Positions 63,898 to 64,000 of a stretch of DNA of 64,000 nt are shown in pieces. The DNA is from Setoptus koraiensis (Eukaryota > Animalia > Arthropoda). The position numbers and the translations under genes were made by a program. Positions within the stretch are counted from its first letter, which is position 1; each line of letters opens with the position of its first letter. Location of the stretch: the NCBI GenBank assembly GCA_048013815.1, contig CM106586.1, forward strand, positions 15,996,001-16,060,000, given 5' to 3'. The notes below the pieces were generated by a model. The model was not told the origin of the DNA. It was given only the letters and a program-made list of their open reading frames with translations, and made no database searches.

Positions 63898-64000
63898 GAT
63901 TTGATACTTATAGAACTGAATCATCATCTAAAAGCAACTTATAGTCGAAAGTATATATAGGTAGTCGTTCAGTTCTCTCCGGTAGCTAGTTGATGATCAA

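Overview
Eukaryotic genomic DNA from an arthropod. The gene style suggests a compact-genome mite such as an eriophyoid (inference, not proven). The window has two sharply different domains. (1) About 1-55.5 kb is GC- and CpG-rich and carries one gene, a TASK-type two-pore K+ channel (+ strand; exons 22992-23274, 50917-51092, 51393-55457; 1507 aa). It has a 27,642-nt first intron, a ~1,250-aa polyQ/low-complexity tail and at least 23 kb of upstream non-coding DNA. I recognised no transposon in this domain. Instead it is full of short local tandem duplications, fold-back palindromes and two over-represented palindromic words, TT(A/G)CG(T/C)AA and GGGGCCCC. (2) About 55.5-64 kb is AT-rich and gene-dense: EEF1AKMT2/METTL10 (+), NELF-C/D (-, 3 exons, 582 aa) and a Ptp36E-like tandem-domain tyrosine phosphatase (+) with a ~328-aa insert inside D1. 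The most distinctive signal is the splicing architecture of the channel gene. Both acceptors lack an adjacent pyrimidine tract, the giant intron ends in a 345-nt AG-free zone headed by a candidate distant branch point and pyrimidine tract, and the small intron holds a perfect 16-bp hairpin. All coordinates and counts were read by eye; nothing was computed or database-searched.
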